Notes: a model not told the origin generated them from the sequence alone. A DNA stretch of 32,000 bases from Candidatus Brocadia sp. (GCA_021650915.1 CP091279.1:1140001-1172000), one strand, 5' to 3'; shown: positions 1 through 7,890, counted from the first letter of the stretch. Made by a program: numbers and translations.

Positions 1-1392
1 TTTCGATTGCGAAGTTCGCGCAGACCCATCCACAAACGTCTGAGTCTGCGCCTACGCATGGCACGCTCCTTAGACACCCGGTCATGGCTTTCCACGTAAA
101 CGTAAAACTCCGATTCCTGCCGAAGAACTTTCACGCGGACGCTCTCCCTCGCCCGCATCCAGGTTTGTTCGAGTAGCGGTTTTTCTACTCTCGTCAAATG
201 CCCCTTCGGAGTCCCAACCAAATAATCAATCCCGCGCTCACGCATCTTTTCCAACATCTCCTCCGTTGGAATACCGCGATCCATAAACCAGGTGCGCCGG
301 AATTTCCCATACTGCTTTTCAATCCGATCCAGAAATTCCTCCAGCGTTGCGGTGTCTCTGGTATTGCCCGGATACACTTCGTAGGCCACGGGAAATCCTT
401 CCGGCGTTAACACCAATGCCACTACCACCTGCACGCAATCCGAACGTTTGTCCCGGCTATATCCAAACCGTTTCTTACTCCCCGATCCAGTCGGAGGTGG
501 GTCACTTTCAAAATACGTACTCGTCAAATCATACAGCAGTACATCGTACTTCGCCCCAAAGAGATTCCCCCACTTCTCCTTTAAATAGACAAACAGCTCG
601 TCCCGATGCTCAAGCAACAAATCCAAACAACGATACGCCTTGTCCTTCTGCGCCAGGGAATAATCCTCTCCCAGCAGATCGCCTGTTGCGCTGCGCACGT
701 ACCACTCACGGTGAAAACGAAATTCGCTTCCCGGATCGACAACCGGTAACAGACAAGCGCCTTCAGCATATTCAACCAGCTTGTCCCCTTCCGGCTTGAC
801 GGCAGACGCATCCTCCAGAATGTGTCCAGTTCCAGCATATTCCATAGCGCGGCACAGCCACAACCAAATTTCCTTTATGAAAGCGGGGAGATTGCTTCGG
901 AAAAGGCCCCTCGCAATGACACCGGCCATGCACTTTGATGGTACACTGCATGTTGTCATTGCGAGTGAAGCGAAGCAATCTTTCACTCATAAAAAACGGT
1001 ACCTCCTGAAAGGGGTTTGTGAAAAAACTCACAGAAAAAAGAAGTTTTTATACAGTAATACTATACATACAATCCCAACCAGCTCGCTCCCCACTCCCGT
1101 GGATGGCGCAGCTCTATTTTGTCCAATCTCATCCGGACTGTCTCACCATCCGGTATCGGCCTGGCTTCCCGGTCGTCCGGGGAAACAACGCCAGTTGTCT
1201 TGGCCTGGGTTCTTTACCCGACACCGCCTCTATCGTCCGAACCCACCCAGCCCGTTGATTGTCATTGGGTTCTCCCAAAGAGAGAACCTGCCGCTGCACC
1301 ACCCTTCTTCCGCTGATCCGGCGGTTCTCTACCACGCTCCAATAACAGTGGGTTTTTCCATCTTTCGTTCATGTCTTTTCCCGGAGAAACAT
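1..1392 (-). pseudogene. IS4-superfamily (IS1634-like) DDE transposase, degraded and interrupted; 3' part runs off the left window edge
   Basis: Not reported as one ORF in the track. Hand translation of the minus strand from ATG 1392..1390 gives MFLREKT*TKDGKTHCYWSVVENRRISGRRVVQRQVLSLGEPNDNQRAGWVRTIEAV...LALFP. After a frame change around 1150-1185 it reads PDGETVRMRLDKIELRHPREWGASWLGLYV. After the 219-bp insert it reads WNMLELDTFWRMRLPSSRKGTSWLNMLKALVCYRL. After a 1-nt frame change near 738-741 it reads DPGSEFRFHREWYVRSATGDLLGEDYSLAQKDKAYRCLDLLLEHRDELFVYLKEKWGNLFGAKYDVLLYDLTSTYFES..KKRFGYSRDKRSDCVQVVVALVLTPEGFPVAYEVYPGNTRDTATLEEFL..RRTWFMDRGIPT.. and continues to position 1. The YDLTSTYFE and GYSRDKRxDC motifs, and the N-terminal YWS-VE-x-R..RQ..L..LGE pattern, are what I recognise as IS1634/IS4-type transposase. 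There is an in-frame TGA at 1371..1369. Confidence 0.85.
847..1063 (+). mobile_element. MITE-like non-autonomous insertion element, copy A (core ~217 bp flanked by TA at 845-846 and 1064-1065)
   Basis: Collinear and roughly 80 percent identical by eye to 4383..4605, in the same orientation. Deleting 847..1065 (the element plus one TA) joins the minus-strand codons tgg ttg gga ttg tat g|ta|tgg aat atg ctg gaa ctg gac. These read WLGLYVWNMLELDTFW, which is one continuous transposase frame. The element carries an internal interrupted palindrome: AGATTGCTTCG 889-899 pairs with CGAAGCAATCT 971-981, and TCGCAATGAC 911-920 pairs with GTCATTGCGA 955-964. I found no convincing terminal inverted repeats. 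Confidence 0.75.
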
Positions 1393-1618
1393 GCGAGCAT
1401 TTTCGCACTTCCCCCTGCATGCGTCAAGAGGGTAGGTCGGCACTACAAGCCGTTTTGAAAATTCACCCCTTGAATTTCAAGGCTTTCCAGGCGACTCTTG
1501 CCCAAAAATAACCTTTTTTGGACGCGAATTGCGAATGTCGGGTTAGTTCTACACACTACGGGAATTACTTACAGTTTGCGTAATGAGTACAAATGGCAAA
1601 CTTATCCCCTTTTAGGAA

Positions 1619-2118
1619 TTAACCCAAAGCCACCTGCTCCGCGGGTGGATTCTTTATTATTTCAATCAGTCTGGTTTTGTCAAAATCACTCAGAGGTGTC
1701 GAACGTTGCTCGATGCGCCAATAATCTTCAACGGATTCTCTGAAATCCATAGCTGCGGAATTGCTTATCAATAAAAATCGTAAATACAGTGACGGGTCTT
1801 TAATTACCAGGGGTATGCCTGTATGCACGGCATCGAAGGCAATGAGACACGGCGCCTTGTTTAATACCAGGATATCAACGTTTTTCCCCAGGATTTTTTC
1901 GGTATCTGCCCATATTTCTGTTTCTTCCGGCCACTCCCCGGTCTCTTCCCATTCCAGTCTTCTTGTTTTTAGCTTAAAATAGACTGCAATATCGACATCG
2001 GAATCGTAAAAGGCTTGCCCTTTCGCATACGAGCCAAAAAAAAGGCCATGGAGACCTCCGGCTTTCTGGAAAAATATTTCTTCAGCAGTTGTATTTTTTT
2101 TATGGGAATCTTTTTCAT
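1619..2118 (-). pseudogene. MntA-like minimal nucleotidyltransferase (pol-beta-type NTase fold), frame broken in an A8 run (or a homopolymer sequencing error)
   Basis: One minus-strand frame reads ..NTTAEEIFFQKAGGLHGLFFGSYAKGQAFYDSDVDIAVYFKLKTRRLEWEETGEWPEETEIWADTEKILGKNVDILVLNKAPCLIAFDAVHTGIPLVIKDPSLYLRF.. with the stop at 1619-1621. GSYAKG..SDVDIAV is the minimal-NTase signature. That frame has no ATG, GTG or TTG between the upstream stop (2143-2141) and GTG 1828, which is why the track shows only 69 aa. The only sensible start is ATG 2118..2116 (MKKIPIKK), and it is one base out of frame across the A8 run at 2101..2094. Confidence 0.7.
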
Positions 2119-2192
2119 TGTCTGGATTTTTTTCGTATATCTACGGATAACTTGATTGTATAGGAATTTTCATTTTATTTAAGCGGGCTTGC

Positions 2193-2284
2193 GGTAGGGT
2201 GGATTAAGCGAGAGCGAATCCACCTTTCCAGGAAATAGTATTGGTGGATTCGGCGTAAAAAACAACGCCTTAATCCACCCTACC
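2193..2284. repeat. REP-like nested palindromic element
   Basis: The outer arms are GGTAGGGTGGATTAAG (2193-2208) and CTTAATCCACCCTACC (2269-2284), which are perfect reverse complements. The inner arms are CGAATCCACC (2215-2224) and GGTGGATTCG (2243-2252). All four arms share GGTGGATT, so the element could fold as two tandem hairpins or as one long cruciform. Confidence 0.7.
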
Positions 2285-2392
2285 CATAACTTGGGGGTTT
2301 AAAGCAATTTCAAGGAGGTTCGCCTGCTCGGCGAAGAATATAGCACAGAGAAAGACAAGAAAACAATCGAAAATTGATAGGGATAAAATTTG

Positions 2393-2421
2393 TTGTCTTT
2401 TTCATCGTAATCATATATCAT
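2393..2421 (+). promoter_or_regulatory. candidate sigma70-type promoter of the radical SAM gene
   Basis: TTGTCT (2393-2398), a 17-nt spacer, then TATCAT (2416-2421). This is followed by AGAGGAA (2439-2445) and ATG 2449. The call is a pattern match only. Confidence 0.25.
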
Positions 2422-2448
2422 TTTTGGTGAACATTTTTAGAGGAACTT

Positions 2449-4383
2449 ATGAATTATAAACCCTATGCCATCTCCTGGAACACGACCTATCGGTGCAATC
2501 TGCGCTGCAGCCACTGCTATCTTGATACCAACGCACTAACCAGGCAATCTGCCAGCGAACTCAGCACACAGGAGGGATTTCGGCTCATTGATCAAATGGC
2601 TGAGCTTAACCCGAATCTGTTGTTAATTCTCACCGGCGGAGAGCCTTTATTAAGAAAAGACATTTACGAACTGGCCTCTTATGCATCCCGAAAGGGGATG
2701 ATGGTAGTTTTAGGGACAAATGGCAACCTGATCGATGACGACATTGCCAAAAAACTGAAAGAGAGCGGCGTGACAGGAATTGGTATCAGCCTTGACTCCC
2801 TTGCGCCTGACAAGCATGACAAATTCAGGGGAATTCCCCGCGCCTGGGACGATACCCTGAACGGGATTGAGGCATGCCGCAGGCAAGGTATCGAGTTTCA
2901 GATACAGACGACGGTCACCCGGGATAATTTCCATGAAATCTCTGAAATTATCGACTTTTCGCACAACCTTGGCGCGAAGGTCTTTAACCTGTTTTTTTTA
3001 GTATGTACGGGCAAGGGACAGGAACTCACGGATATTACACCGCAACAGTACGATCAGGCGTTGCACCGTCTCTTTGATATTCAAAAGAAATATCAGGGAA
3101 AGATGATGGTGGGCGCAAAGTGCGCCCCGCACTACCGAAGAATTGCATATGAACACGACCCATCATCTCCGCTTGTTCGCACCTATTCAGGCGGTTGCCC
3201 GGCCGGCGCCCACTATTGCAGAATTACTCCTGAAGGAGACGTTACACCGTGTCCTTACATGCCGAATGTCTCCGGAAATGTGCGGGAGAAGACCTTTGGG
3301 GAAATCTGGAACGGCTCTGAAAATTTTCATACCTTGCAAAACGCACAACTCCAGGGCAGGTGCGGCAGGTGTGAATTTCAATATATCTGCAAGGGGTGCC
3401 GCGCACGCGCACTAGCAACCACGGGAAACCAGATGGACGAGGATGCCTGGTGCGATTATGTCCCCGGCAGACACGGCAACGAGATTATCCAGCTGGCAAC
3501 AACAGAAACCTTTGGTATCGAAGAAAACTATACGATCCCCTGGAGTAATGAAGCAAAGGGCATCCTGAAACAGATCCCTTCCTTTGGAAGAGGCATGGTT
3601 ATTCAAGGTGTGGAACGTTTTGCTGCAAAACATGCCCATCGGGAAATTACCCTGGAAGTCATGAGGGCTGCGCGGGCGGAAATGATGTCGAACAGGAAGA
3701 CGGCATACCCCATGAAAAACGAAGGCACTGACATTATCCGAAAAACGAATACAACACCCCCCTCTCCTTTGGAAAGGGCAAATGAAAAGGAAGAAATAAT
3801 GATGAACAAGGAAAACGATGAAATTCCGTGGGCCGAAGAGGCCCGAAGACGGGTGGAAAATGCACCGGATTTTGTACGGCCTGGCATTTACAAGCTGATG
3901 CAGAAAAAGGCACGCCAGCACGGCTACCAGGAGATAACTTCAAAATTTCTTTCCGAAATACGGGATGAATCGATGCAGCTTGCCTCGAAACGCATCCGAA
4001 ATATCGGTTTTGACGAACTCCGGATGGATGCCTGGGACAAAGCCAAAGAAAAGTTAAAGAATGCCCGGAAAAAGGAGGTCATTGACGGTATCAAGGCATT
4101 TCTCGATGAACGAACGGTTAAGAATGAGGGGATTATTACGAAATTTCAGGCCTATCTGAAAACCGCAGGTGAGGAAGTGGAAAAAGAAAAGACAACAGCG
4201 CCGGTCTGGACAGAGGAGGCGAAACAACGGCTGGAAAGAGCACCGGTATTTGTTCGGGGAAGGGCAAAGAAGTCGATCGAAGATTTTGCTCTGCAGCAAG
4301 GCATTACCGAAATTACCGCGGAACTGATAAACCAATACATGAAAAATATCCCTTCGTTTGTGAAGAATAAATTTACTGCATAA
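2449..4383 (+). CDS. radical SAM / SPASM-domain enzyme (AhbD/NirJ-like core) fused to three C-terminal PCP_red-like modules
   Basis: CNLRCSHC (CX3CX2C) at aa 16-23, plus a GGEPLL motif. Auxiliary-cluster cysteines are C250/C257/C268 and CGRCEFQYICKGC (aa 305-317). Three ~47-aa repeats follow: IPWSNEAKGILKQIPSFGRGMVIQGVERFAAKHAHREITLEVM (nt 3535-3672), IPWAEEARRRVENAPDFVRPGIYKLMQKKARQHGYQEITSKFL (3823-3963) and PVWTEEAKQRLERAPVFVRGRAKKSIEDFALQQGITEITAELI (4201-4341). Confidence 0.9.
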   Translation: MNYKPYAISWNTTYRCNLRCSHCYLDTNALTRQSASELSTQEGFRLIDQMAELNPNLLLILTGGEPLLRKDIYELASYASRKGMMVVLGTNGNLIDDDIAKKLKESGVTGIGISLDSLAPDKHDKFRGIPRAWDDTLNGIEACRRQGIEFQIQTTVTRDNFHEISEIIDFSHNLGAKVFNLFFLVCTGKGQELTDITPQQYDQALHRLFDIQKKYQGKMMVGAKCAPHYRRIAYEHDPSSPLVRTYSGGCPAGAHYCRITPEGDVTPCPYMPNVSGNVREKTFGEIWNGSENFHTLQNAQLQGRCGRCEFQYICKGCRARALATTGNQMDEDAWCDYVPGRHGNEIIQLATTETFGIEENYTIPWSNEAKGILKQIPSFGRGMVIQGVERFAAKHAHREITLEVMRAARAEMMSNRKTAYPMKNEGTDIIRKTNTTPPSPLERANEKEEIMMNKENDEIPWAEEARRRVENAPDFVRPGIYKLMQKKARQHGYQEITSKFLSEIRDESMQLASKRIRNIGFDELRMDAWDKAKEKLKNARKKEVIDGIKAFLDERTVKNEGIITKFQAYLKTAGEEVEKEKTTAPVWTEEAKQRLERAPVFVRGRAKKSIEDFALQQGITEITAELINQYMKNIPSFVKNKFTA

Positions 4384-4605
4384 CGCAGCACAGCCGCAAC
4401 CAATTCTCCGTTGTGAAAGCGGGAGATTGCTTCGGACAAGACCATCGCAATAACACAGGCTATGTCCGTGATGACATACGGTACATTGTCATTGCAAGCA
4501 AAGCGAAGCAATTCTTTTCCCATAAACAAACGGTACCCTCTGATAAGGGGTAAATAGGGCTACGAAAAAACTTACCAAAGAAGAAGTTTTTACACAGAAC
4601 TATTA
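4383..4605 (+). mobile_element. MITE-like non-autonomous insertion element, copy B (flanked by TA at 4381-4382 and 4606-4607)
   Basis: Collinear with 847..1063. It has the same internal palindrome arms: AGATTGCTTCG 4424-4434 with CGAAGCAATTC 4504-4514, and TCGCAATAAC 4445-4454 with GTCATTGCAA 4488-4497. Its left TA is the TA of the radical SAM stop codon. Confidence 0.7.
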
Positions 4606-4712
4606 TAGGAAGAAATATTCTACTTTATCGATTCAGGCTATTTGACAAGGAGACACAAAAATCTCTCTTAAAATGCCGGAGAATTGAATAAAGTCACACT
4701 CCTCTTCTTTCT

Positions 4713-6028
4713 GGTTCTTCTCCCAATTAGTCAATAAGAATTGAGAAGAAAATCCTTTAAATCATTGAAAAGAGTGGACATTTGGTGTTTCCTATAGATA
4801 GATATATACCGTTCTATAAACTATTTACAGGAGACCAGCAATGTCCACGTTAAGTATATTACCATATTTTCCTTTTCAGCGGGTAAGAATTACGCAGCAA
4901 ACTGTTTTTCCTGATGCTGAGATATCTCAGCTTACTGCCGTGCCCGATGAACGATTTCGCCCAATATGTCATGCGTGTGGCAGCAAAGCACAGCGCATTT
5001 ACCGCCATGACAAACGATCTTTGCGGGATCTGAATCCTGGTTCAGTTCGCGTATGGATAAATTGTTCGTATCGTAAGATAGCCTGTGAGTCATGCAATCG
5101 AATTGTAGTTGAAGACTTGGGTTTTTTTCAACCCTACAGTCGTGTTACGCATCGTTTAGCAGCGTATATTCACGAATTGTGTAAAGTGTTAACCGTAACC
5201 GAAGTTGCAAAACATTTTGGAATTAACTGGAAAACCGTAAAAACCATCGACAAGTTTTTTCTGGAACGACAATACGCGCAGACAGATTATCAGAATCTTC
5301 GCATACTGGCGGTAGACGAAATCTCTGTTAAGAAGGGACAGCGCTATTTGACTGTTGTTCTGGACTATCTGAGTGGCCGCGTAGTCTGGGTGGGAAAGGA
5401 AAGAACAAAAGAAACGCTGGGAACCTTCTTTGCGGGTATGACAGAGGAACAAAGGCAGGCGCTTGAGGCCATTGCCATGGATATGTGGGATCCTTATATT
5501 CATGCAGTAAAAAAGCACGTGCCTCATGTTAAGATAGTCTTTGACCTGTTTCATGTGGTTTCAAGTTTTGGTAAAGTTATTGACAAGGTGCGAAATGCTG
5601 AATACCAAAAAGGGTTCAAAATATCTTTTGTTAAAAAACAAACGAAATATTCGCAGGAAAAAACATCGAGAACATCTCAAACAGCTCTTGTCGCTTAATG
5701 AAACCATAAATACCGTTCTGATTCTTAAAGATAAGCTCAAACATATTTGGACCTATACCTCACGGACGTGGGCGAGAAAAGCCATTGATGAATGGAGCCT
5801 CCTGGCGAAAACGCTCAACTATTCTGTCGTGAATACGTTTGCAAATATGCTTACAAAATACAGCTACGGAATCTTGAATCACTGCGATTATAAAATTCAT
5901 ACCAGTAAACTCGAAGGGGTTAATAATAAGATCAAAGTTATCAAAAGAAAAGCTTATGGGTTTCATGACGAACGGTACTTTTCATTAAAAATTATATAAG
6001 CTTTTGCAAACTAATTGGGAGAAGAACC
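4713..6028 (+). mobile_element. ISL3-family insertion sequence, 1316 bp, with perfect 19-bp terminal inverted repeats
   Basis: GGTTCTTCTCCCAATTAGT at 4713-4731 and its exact reverse complement ACTAATTGGGAGAAGAACC at 6010-6028 bracket the transposase frames. The flanking 8-mers are TTCTTTCT (4705-4712) and CTAAAAGA (6029-6036). They differ, so no target-site duplication is visible. Confidence 0.85.
4841..5999 (+). pseudogene. ISL3-family transposase split into two overlapping frames
   Basis: ORF 4841..5698 has a Cys-rich N-terminus (CHACG..CESC) followed by ..ILAVDEISVKKGQRYLTVVLDY..FDLFHVV... ORF 5541..5999 reads ..GSKYLLLKNKRNI..LEGVNNKIKVIKRKAYGFHDERYFSLKII. Together they read as the N- and C-terminal parts of one ISL3-type transposase. 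The frame switches near the A5G3 run at 5607-5614. Confidence 0.8.
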
Positions 6029-6126
6029 CTAAAAGAAATATTGGACAATTATGCATTCTCAATTTATGTCTTTCGCTATTGCTTTGGTTTGCTTAAAATA
6101 AGCTGCCTATTACCCGATTCATCAGA

Positions 6127-7890
6127 TTAGTCATGCTGATTCTTTAACCTTCTGTTCATAATTTCAAGATTCTGTAAGGCGTAGGTGCAGGCAGGATCTA
6201 ATGTAAGCGCTGCTTGAAATCCCATGAGTGCTGGTTCCAGTTTGCCTAATTTTGCATAACAGGTCGCGATGTTAGTAACTGTGTTTGTATCAACAGGAGC
6301 TACTTTAAGGTATTTTTCCAACAGCTCAATAGCAGTATGATACTCTTCTATTTCTATGCAAAGGTTTCCAAGATCATGATACACACTACCATCTGATGAG
6401 TTGGATTCGAGTATGGTATGGATAAATTTGATAGCGCTATCCTTATCACCATTTTTGAATTTTATTCTTTCCCTGAGACATTTGAGTCCCAAATGATCCG
6501 GATTGGATGAAATTATTGCTTGTACCGTATCTTCTGCTTCTTTCAGCTGATTTGTTTGTATTAATAAGTTTATTAAAAATAGATACGCAGGAATATTTCT
6601 ATTGCTTCTGCAGATTAATTGCCTCATGGTATTAATAGCATCATAAGGCTTCTTCATCAAAGATTGTATTTGTCCGGTCAGCATATAAAGTGAATCATTT
6701 CCAATGCCCCGTTTTATAGCGGTAGTAACTATATCTTCAGCTTTTTCTACACTCTGCTGAGAAATATATAGTTGTGCAAGGTTTGAATAGTGCTGCGGTT
6801 CTTTGTCGTTGAGAGTGATAGCCTTTTTGTACGCTATTTCGGCCTCATTTGGCAGATGCAGCTTTTCATAGCACACCCCAATATTATCATATGCCTTATG
6901 TTCATAATAATATGCATCAACGATGGATAGGTTAAATACCGGTTTTTTGTCTTCTCTGTCTTTGATAATAAGGTATTTTTTAAAATAGTATAAGGCGTCG
7001 TGGAATTTCTCCTTTCTCAATAGGATTTCTCCCATAACGAATAAAATGTCAAGAGAGTCGTGATTTTCTTTAATTGCTTCCGAACAGATCCCTTCAGCCT
7101 TGTCGAGTTGGTTTGTATTGATAAAGGCATGGACAAGATCAACGTATATTCTTTGTCTCTGATTTCTTGCGTTATAATCTGTCTGTGGCTCAGATAATTT
7201 TAATCCTTTTTCCCCTAACTCAATAACTTTATTAAAATCAAATTCATTTCTGTAGTTTCGGATAAGATTTGTCATGATAAAAAGATTGTCAGGATTTTCC
7301 GCAAGCTGCTGTCTTAAAAGATCTCCCGTCCTTTTATACTTTTTTCGCATTTCTTGGTCGGTTAAATTGTATCCATAGTGGTAGAATCTTATCTCGGATT
7401 GAAATGGTATACCCTCGAAAATGAGTTGATTGTGTACAATTCCCTCGAAATAGGCCTTACCCCTCCGGAATATTCTGGTATAGTAATGCTTTGATTGACC
7501 ACCAGGAAGTTCGCTATAGATAGCAACAAATATGGCATCGTACGAGTTTTCGCATATTAACCTATGTAAAAGCGGGATGTCCGCATGTTCGAGCGTCTCG
7601 TCCGCATCAATTTGTAAAATCCAATCACACGTTGCATAACGTAATGAATGATTTCGTGCCTCACTGAAACTGTTCTTCCAGGGATGATGATATATTTTTG
7701 CGCCAAAGGATTGGGCAATTTCGATGGTCTTATCGGTGGAACCTGTATCAACAATAATAATTTCATTAACGGCGTTTTTGATGCTTGTCAGACACTGGGC
7801 TAAAAATCTCTCTTCATTTTTAACAATCATGCATGCAGACACGGAAGGTCTACCGTTGTTTATTGCAGGTTGATTATTCAAAAAGGTCAT
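6127..7890 (-). CDS. GT2-family glycosyltransferase with long C-terminal TPR region (tandem paralog 1)
   Basis: 587 aa. The N-terminus reads SACMIVKNEERFL..EIIIVDTGSTDKT..FSEARNHSL..DWILQIDADE, a GT-A fold with a DxD-type DAD motif. The C-terminal ~330 aa are TPR-like helical repeats. AAGGA lies upstream of the ATG. Confidence 0.85.
   Translation of the reverse strand: MTFLNNQPAINNGRPSVSACMIVKNEERFLAQCLTSIKNAVNEIIIVDTGSTDKTIEIAQSFGAKIYHHPWKNSFSEARNHSLRYATCDWILQIDADETLEHADIPLLHRLICENSYDAIFVAIYSELPGGQSKHYYTRIFRRGKAYFEGIVHNQLIFEGIPFQSEIRFYHYGYNLTDQEMRKKYKRTGDLLRQQLAENPDNLFIMTNLIRNYRNEFDFNKVIELGEKGLKLSEPQTDYNARNQRQRIYVDLVHAFINTNQLDKAEGICSEAIKENHDSLDILFVMGEILLRKEKFHDALYYFKKYLIIKDREDKKPVFNLSIVDAYYYEHKAYDNIGVCYEKLHLPNEAEIAYKKAITLNDKEPQHYSNLAQLYISQQSVEKAEDIVTTAIKRGIGNDSLYMLTGQIQSLMKKPYDAINTMRQLICRSNRNIPAYLFLINLLIQTNQLKEAEDTVQAIISSNPDHLGLKCLRERIKFKNGDKDSAIKFIHTILESNSSDGSVYHDLGNLCIEIEEYHTAIELLEKYLKVAPVDTNTVTNIATCYAKLGKLEPALMGFQAALTLDPACTYALQNLEIMNRRLKNQHD

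Noticed and set aside
848-1032. Small minus-strand ORFs within both MITE-like copies (MSERLLRFTRNDN.. and MGKELLRFACNDN..), each preceded by AGGAGG-like or AGAGGG-like sequence, considered as a possible element-encoded peptide.
   Set aside because: Both frames run out of the element into unrelated flanking antisense sequence. The similarity between copies is no greater at protein level than at DNA level, so there is no evidence of coding constraint from two copies.
347-1458. Long plus-strand ORFs 347..799 (150 aa) and 781..1458 (225 aa), and minus-strand ORFs 581..838 and 772..1032.
   Set aside because: The plus-strand ORFs are proline/arginine-rich antisense readings of the GC-rich transposase pseudogene. 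The minus-strand ORFs are fragments of that pseudogene or read through the MITE-like insert.
1066-1460. A G-rich (minus strand), hairpin-dense stretch that I first read as a structured RNA. The hairpins included GGTTCTC..GAGAACC and CCGGA..TCCGG. My candidates were a group II intron 5' end beginning GTGCCG, RNase P, or a cobalamin riboswitch.
   Set aside because: No RNase P motif (GGAAAGTCCGG) or B12-box was present. I found no EBS/IBS pairing, no domain V and no RT ORF. Translation across frames instead gives the N-terminus of the IS1634-like transposase (MFLREKT*TKDGKTHCYWSVVENRR..), which explains the region.
1393-1618. A search for a HepT (DUF86) toxin gene downstream of the MntA-like gene.
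   Set aside because: All three minus-strand frames are closed by stops within a few dozen codons. No RxxxH-type HEPN motif is seen. Only weak, unconvincing resemblance was found (..IRNSRPKKGYFW..).
3412-3921. A 169-aa minus-strand ORF, and neighbours, inside the radical SAM gene.
   Set aside because: It is antisense to a well-supported CDS, and its composition is not protein-like.
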